This document shows, piece by piece, positions 59,462 to 64,000 of a stretch of 64,000 nt of DNA. Positions within the stretch are counted from its first letter, which is position 1. Every line of letters begins with the position of its first letter. Under the pieces are notes generated by a model, which made no database searches, had not been told where the DNA came from, and saw only the letters and a list, made by a program, of their open reading frames with translations. Made by a program: the position numbers and the translations under genes. The DNA is from Candidatus Parcubacteria bacterium (GTDB lineage Bacteria > Patescibacteriota > Minisyncoccia > Phycocordibacterales > JAKAEA01), in NCBI GenBank assembly GCA_019661945.1, contig JAIFWI010000002.1, positions 763-64,762 on the forward strand, written 5' to 3'.

Positions 59462-59962
59462 ATGACCTTAGCTACACATGCTGTTACCGGTGCGCTCATC
59501 GGCGCCGTAGCCTCACAAAATTTGTTATTTGCTGCTGGTGCAGGCTTTATAAGCCATTTTCTTTTTGATACCATTCCGCACTGGGATTATTCTTTACGAA
59601 CACTTGAAAAGAAAAGCCTAAGTATTGAAAATAACATGAATACTAAAGGCCTGAATTTTATTATTGATCTAGCCAAGATTGCTTTCGATTTCTGGTTAGG
59701 AATGGCCCTAGTCTTTGTTATGGTTTATTCTTTGCCGCTCCCGGTTATTATTGGGGCCTTTATAGGTGCTCTGGCCGCAGTTTTACCAGATCCACTTCAG
59801 TTTGTATATTGGAAACTCCGTCCACGCATCATGTTGCCGATTCAACACTTCCATATGTATATGCATGCAACGCATAAGCTTAATGACCGACCACTTCTTG
59901 GCGTAACCAGTCAGCTGGGTATTGTCATTATAACGTTTATAGTATTTCAGCTAATATATTAG
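59462..59962 (+). CDS. DUF457/YdjM-like membrane-bound metal-dependent hydrolase
   Basis: N-terminus MTLATHAVTGALIGA and later H/D residues. Confidence 0.4.
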   Translation: MTLATHAVTGALIGAVASQNLLFAAGAGFISHFLFDTIPHWDYSLRTLEKKSLSIENNMNTKGLNFIIDLAKIAFDFWLGMALVFVMVYSLPLPVIIGAFIGALAAVLPDPLQFVYWKLRPRIMLPIQHFHMYMHATHKLNDRPLLGVTSQLGIVIITFIVFQLIY

Positions 59963-59974
59963 TATACTTTTATC

Positions 59975-60478
59975 ATGTACCGCGGACTTATTATCACAGT
60001 CATCGTTTTTCTCATTCTCATTGCCTTAGGTGGATTTCTAATTTTTGATATAGGCCGAGGTGGTAGTGAGTTATCTCCAGAAATAATTGCTAGCCCAATT
60101 TCATCACCAACACCGACGGCGACAATAACACCAAGTCCGGCAACAACCACTACATCACTTGTTCGGATAACTTCTCCAAAACCAGGTGATCGAGTCCAAA
60201 GTCCATTAGTCATTAAAGGCGAAGCCCGAGGTCAATGGTTTTTCGAAGCAAATTTCCCCGTTGAAATTCGAGATGCCAATGGTAAGATTTTGGGTGAGTG
60301 GTATGCTGAAGCTAAGGGAGATTGGATGACCACAGAGTTCGTGCCCTTTGAGTCGACCTTGGCTTTTTCACCGTCAACAACCGCAACAGGTACACTTGTT
60401 ATCATGAATGCCAATCCTTCCGGTGATACGGAACGGGCGCTCGAATTAAAAATCCCAATAACTTTTAATCCGCAATAA
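59975..60478 (+). CDS. Gmad2 immunoglobulin-like domain protein with N-terminal TM
   Basis: GQWFFEANFPVEIRDANGKILGEWYAEA...WMTTEFVPFESTLAF. Confidence 0.6.
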   Translation: MYRGLIITVIVFLILIALGGFLIFDIGRGGSELSPEIIASPISSPTPTATITPSPATTTTSLVRITSPKPGDRVQSPLVIKGEARGQWFFEANFPVEIRDANGKILGEWYAEAKGDWMTTEFVPFESTLAFSPSTTATGTLVIMNANPSGDTERALELKIPITFNPQ

Positions 60479-60486
60479 TTAGTACA

Positions 60487-60744
60487 ATGGAAACACTTAT
60501 TCACGCTGATATTTTCTTTTTTATTACTACCATTGCTGTGGTTCTTATTTCTATTGGTATCATTGTTGCCATTGTGTATATTATAAAAATATTACGGACA
60601 GTTTCTCATGTTTCTGATAAAGTGAAGGAGGAGAGTGAAGAGATTTTATTAGATTTAAAGCACCTTCGTGGTAATGTTAAGTCGCAAGGTTTTCGGTGGT
60701 CGTACGTCAAGCAGTTTATTAGAAGTATCTTTAAACGAAAATAA
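60487..60744 (+). CDS. Small membrane protein
   Basis: 85 aa, one TM then charged tail. Confidence 0.35.
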   Translation: METLIHADIFFFITTIAVVLISIGIIVAIVYIIKILRTVSHVSDKVKEESEEILLDLKHLRGNVKSQGFRWSYVKQFIRSIFKRK

Positions 60745-60745
60745 T

Positions 60746-61120
60746 ATGGCACAAAAACATCGAAAAGGTTCAGGTGTGGGAGCGGGATTAGGTATGGCGG
60801 CATTAGCAGCAGCGGCGGCAGGAGCATACTTTTTATACGGATCTAAAGAAGGGGCAAAGCGACGCCAGAAGATTAAAAGTTGGACATTGCGCATGAAAGG
60901 CGACGTCATGGATAAAATGGAGAATATGCGGGAGTGGAGCGAGGAGGCATACAATCGAGTCGTTGACGGTGTATCTGAGAAATATAAAAATGTTAAAAAT
61001 GTAGATCGCAAAGAACTTGATGCAGTAGTCAAGGATTTAAAAAAGCATTGGAATAATATTCGCAGGCAGGTAGAAGGAGGTCAAAGGAAAAAGCCAGCCG
61101 CTCGCCGCAAGAAGGTATAG
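60746..61120 (+). CDS. Hypothetical protein with N-terminal TM and charged helical C-terminus
   Basis: Start at ATG 60746 right after the upstream stop. Confidence 0.4.
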   Translation: MAQKHRKGSGVGAGLGMAALAAAAAGAYFLYGSKEGAKRRQKIKSWTLRMKGDVMDKMENMREWSEEAYNRVVDGVSEKYKNVKNVDRKELDAVVKDLKKHWNNIRRQVEGGQRKKPAARRKKV

Positions 61121-61122
61121 AG

Positions 61123-61884
61123 ATGAAAAAGGATACTTCCTGGGGGAATGTTGCTGACTGGTATAAAAAATACTTAGATGATCCAGACTCGTATCAGAGT
61201 CAGGTGATTTTGCCGCAGTTGATAAGGCTCCTTACTATTAAAAAAGGCCAAAAGATTTTGGACTTAGCTTGTGGCACAGGATTTTTCTCAGAAGTATTTC
61301 AGGCTCAGGGCGCTGAGGTCATTGGTGTGGATATTGCTTCTGAACTCATCGATATTGCACGTCTGCACGCCTCAAAAGACATTCAGTTTATTGTCTCTCC
61401 AGCACATAAACTCGGAACGTTACAAACTCAGAGTATTGATACTGTTGTTATTATATTGGCTATTCAAAATATTAAAGAAGTCAAAGAAATGCTTGCTGAA
61501 TGTAAACGAGTTCTTAAAAAAGACGGCAAGATAACTATTGTCATGAATCATCCTGCCTATAGAATTCCCGGAGGCTCTTCATGGGAGTGGCATGAACAAC
61601 AAGGCAGACAGTATCGACGTATAGATGCATATCTCTCAGAAAAGACAGTAGAAATCAGTATGCATCCAGGTAAAGATCCGCATACCAAAACAGTTTCATT
61701 TCATCGACCGATCCAGTATTATGCAAAACTTGCTCACAATTCAGGTTTTGCTATAAGCCGGATTGAAGAATGGATATCCCACAAAACATCGGAGATCGGT
61801 CCGCGTCAGAAAGAAGAAGATCGAATGAGAAAAGAAATCCCACTTTTTATGTTCCTTGAACTTTCACAGTTCGGTAACGTATAA
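61123..61884 (+). CDS. Class I SAM-dependent methyltransferase
   Basis: Motif I ILDLACGTGFFS. Confidence 0.75.
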   Translation: MKKDTSWGNVADWYKKYLDDPDSYQSQVILPQLIRLLTIKKGQKILDLACGTGFFSEVFQAQGAEVIGVDIASELIDIARLHASKDIQFIVSPAHKLGTLQTQSIDTVVIILAIQNIKEVKEMLAECKRVLKKDGKITIVMNHPAYRIPGGSSWEWHEQQGRQYRRIDAYLSEKTVEISMHPGKDPHTKTVSFHRPIQYYAKLAHNSGFAISRIEEWISHKTSEIGPRQKEEDRMRKEIPLFMFLELSQFGNV

Positions 61885-61893
61885 TATACCTAT

Positions 61894-62112
61894 ATGAATC
61901 ATTATGTATGTAGTGAATGCGGAGGAGTGTCTCACAGCGCAGGTACATGCCAAACAGATGGCTGTATGCAGCAGGGTACACCATTAAAGGCCTGTAAATG
62001 CGAAGATGGTAAGCATGCGGGGCTTATGAATGGCTCTGGTGACATAGAATCATCTCTGGAACAACCACGGCCAACGACAGGAGAGTTTATTGATCTCGAC
62101 GCTAATCTCTAA
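61894..62112 (+). CDS. Small Cys-rich (zinc-ribbon-like) protein
   Basis: CSECGG...C...C...CKC; 72 aa. Confidence 0.4.
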   Translation: MNHYVCSECGGVSHSAGTCQTDGCMQQGTPLKACKCEDGKHAGLMNGSGDIESSLEQPRPTTGEFIDLDANL

Positions 62113-63281
62113 AGGCTTTTTCGCTGAGTATTAAGTTTGTAAGCAAAGGCAATACCTGAAAGTATTGCAATTGAAACGACTAGGAAAATATAGTGAATGG
62201 GCAGGACTCGGACCAAGAGGCTTGTCAGGAGCGGCGCAACTATGTAGGCCATAGGACCGGCCATTCTGAAAATACTGATAAAACCGGCATCACGGTCAGA
62301 GACACGTTTGAAAAATGAATATTCCGCACCGACTTCAACAAAGCTTGCACCAACACGTGACATAAACAAAAGGGCAGACCACAATAATACATTGGCGTCT
62401 CTCAGGAAAAAGATTGTACATGAAGATACACTTATGATAAAAAATCCGGCAATGAGAGCGTCTTTTTCGGCGCCGATCCGATCAAAGAGTCGGCCAAGCG
62501 GCGCCTCAAAAAGGACAAACGGTACGAGCATTATCGTGAACATAAAACCTATTTTCTCCCAACTGAAACCGATTACTTCGTGCAGATAGAGCGGCATATA
62601 AATAACCATAGCGGCATAAAAACTATGGAGCAGGAAATTAATGATGAATATCCTGTTGAGATTTTTATGCGGTACGAATTTCTTAAGACTGTCTATAAAA
62701 TTAATTTCTCGTAATTTTCTGGTGCGAATAGTTCTGAATTCATCGAAGGTAAGGAAGAGAAGTGCCATACAAAAGACTGCCGAGATAAGATATATCGTTC
62801 GGTAAGAACTCATGGTAACGATTTTACCTACGATGAGCGGAGAGAGAACAAAAGCAACATTGTGAGCTGTCAGATACAGGGAATGAACACCACCGGTGTG
62901 ATTCTCATTTCTCATAGTACCCTCAAGGAATAGATCGAGACCAAATAAGAGAAGCGGCGGAATAGCCTGATGAATGACGAAAAGAATTTTTATAAGTTCC
63001 GGATTGGAGCTTGAAAACAATCCAAGTAGGACGATAATTTCCGTACAAAGAATTGAGGCGAAAAAATAAAAATTACTGATTCGACGGATGATACTTGAAC
63101 TGGCGATAAGAATGAGTACTGTCAACAAGGCTCCAGCAGTATATAGAAGACCAACTGTTTTAGCCGGAAAGAATTCGCTCAGGAAGGTTGAGTTGATGTA
63201 AATGGTAAAGGCGTAATGAAACGACATCAAAAACGCCGCCAGATAGACGAAACGGACCTTGTACCACATACGAGAACGCAT
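62109..63281 (-). CDS. MFS transporter
   Basis: 390 aa, about 12 TM. Confidence 0.8.
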   Translation of the reverse strand: MRSRMWYKVRFVYLAAFLMSFHYAFTIYINSTFLSEFFPAKTVGLLYTAGALLTVLILIASSSIIRRISNFYFFASILCTEIIVLLGLFSSSNPELIKILFVIHQAIPPLLLFGLDLFLEGTMRNENHTGGVHSLYLTAHNVAFVLSPLIVGKIVTMSSYRTIYLISAVFCMALLFLTFDEFRTIRTRKLREINFIDSLKKFVPHKNLNRIFIINFLLHSFYAAMVIYMPLYLHEVIGFSWEKIGFMFTIMLVPFVLFEAPLGRLFDRIGAEKDALIAGFFIISVSSCTIFFLRDANVLLWSALLFMSRVGASFVEVGAEYSFFKRVSDRDAGFISIFRMAGPMAYIVAPLLTSLLVRVLPIHYIFLVVSIAILSGIAFAYKLNTQRKSL

Positions 63282-63354
63282 AGCCTTATTATATCAGGCT
63301 CTAGCGAGAATGAGTGTTGATAAAAGAAAAAACCGCAAGCTGTGCGGTTGGGAT

Positions 63355-63681
63355 TCAGGAATGCGGAGTTCCCTGACGAGATCTGTGGAAAGTAACGAGA
63401 ATTCCTTCATCAGTGTTGGCTGACAGATACCAGAGATCTTGATGTATCGCAAGGGCACACATCATTCCGCACATCATCAGAAACTGTTCTTTGTTCATAC
63501 CCTTGAGGTCAAGAGTGTCTACCGTAGTGTCTCCTTGTTGGAATAACAAATTCTCAGACTGTCCGCCTTCAGTGAAGCATGTAGCCGTGAGCATGCTTGT
63601 TCTCGGATCGTATAAAAGTGTGACGTCAGAACTGAAAGCGATCGGACGATTTCCGGCTGCAAAGCTGAATCCTCGTGGCAT
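63355..63681 (-). CDS. Hypothetical protein
   Basis: 108 aa ORF. Confidence 0.35.
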   Translation of the reverse strand: MPRGFSFAAGNRPIAFSSDVTLLYDPRTSMLTATCFTEGGQSENLLFQQGDTTVDTLDLKGMNKEQFLMMCGMMCALAIHQDLWYLSANTDEGILVTFHRSRQGTPHS

Positions 63682-63775
63682 GAGTTTTTCCTCTGTAGAA
63701 ATGTGTACCCCCTAAAAAACATACTGATTGATACTATACAGTAGAAATAGTATAGGTCAAATCCTTTTGGAAAAT

Positions 63776-64000
63776 CTAAACTCCTAAGAGGACGGGGATG
63801 ACGATTGGGCGTTTGGCGGTTTGCTGGAAGAGATATTTTGAGACGTTATCGGTTACGACTTGCTTAACATAATCGAAGTTAATTGGATGCATGCCGGCTA
63901 CAGAATCTTCAATAGTTTTTTTGATGATATAGCGAGTTTGCTGGAGCAAATCTTGTGATTCGCGCAAATAAACGAAACCGCGGGAAATAATGTCCGGACT
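63776..64000 (-). CDS. rnj: C-terminal end of a ribonuclease J-like protein; the N-terminus lies beyond the right window edge
   Basis: ...LFQQTAKRPIVIPVLLGV* resembles the RNase J C-terminal domain ending. Confidence 0.45.
   Translation of the reverse strand, partial: SPDIISRGFVYLRESQDLLQQTRYIIKKTIEDSVAGMHPINFDYVKQVVTDNVSKYLFQQTAKRPIVIPVLLGV

Overview
This window reads as a compact, AT-rich chromosome segment from a CPR/Patescibacteria-like bacterium. Native genes are about 35-42% GC by eye, are tightly packed, and mostly lack Shine-Dalgarno (SD) motifs.

The core of the window is a complete monoderm-style type IV pilus locus: pilM, pilN, pilO, pilB, a stand-alone REC protein, pilT, pilC, two major pilin paralogs, pilD, and four minor pilins (one carrying a vWA domain).

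Housekeeping genes present are recG (partial), a MutY-like glycosylase, ligA, gatC, gatA, prfB, ftsE, ftsX, pyrG, proS, folD, nrdA, nrdB and rnj (partial). Eight tRNAs are called: Ser-GCT, two Met-CAT, Asp-GTC, Thr-GGT, Thr-CGT, Gln-CTG, plus one degenerate tRNA-like element.

Other features include a GAF-PAS histidine kinase with its REC partner, an OmpR-type regulator, a sortase with an LPXTG substrate, a PIF1-like helicase, a DUF559 endonuclease, two small GIY-YIG nucleases and ABC transporter genes.

The most striking pattern is at least six short, visibly GC-rich islands (about 50-60% GC by eye). Their genes carry canonical AGGAG-type ribosome binding sites that the native genes lack, and most islands sit next to tRNAs or strong hairpins. 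The islands encode a lipoprotein, a small ORF, an HExxH protein, PurH, a membrane protein and a PurN-like formyltransferase. This looks like piecemeal horizontal acquisition from a high-GC donor.

Further oddities:
- a perfect 15-bp GC-rich palindrome inserted in-frame into the MutY-like gene;
- a GIY-YIG ORF whose stop lies inside tRNA-Thr;
- a trypco2-like small protein;
- a membrane-anchored HEPN-like protein;
- a 22-nt motif repeated in two 3' UTRs.

No CRISPR array, rRNA or obvious transposase was seen.
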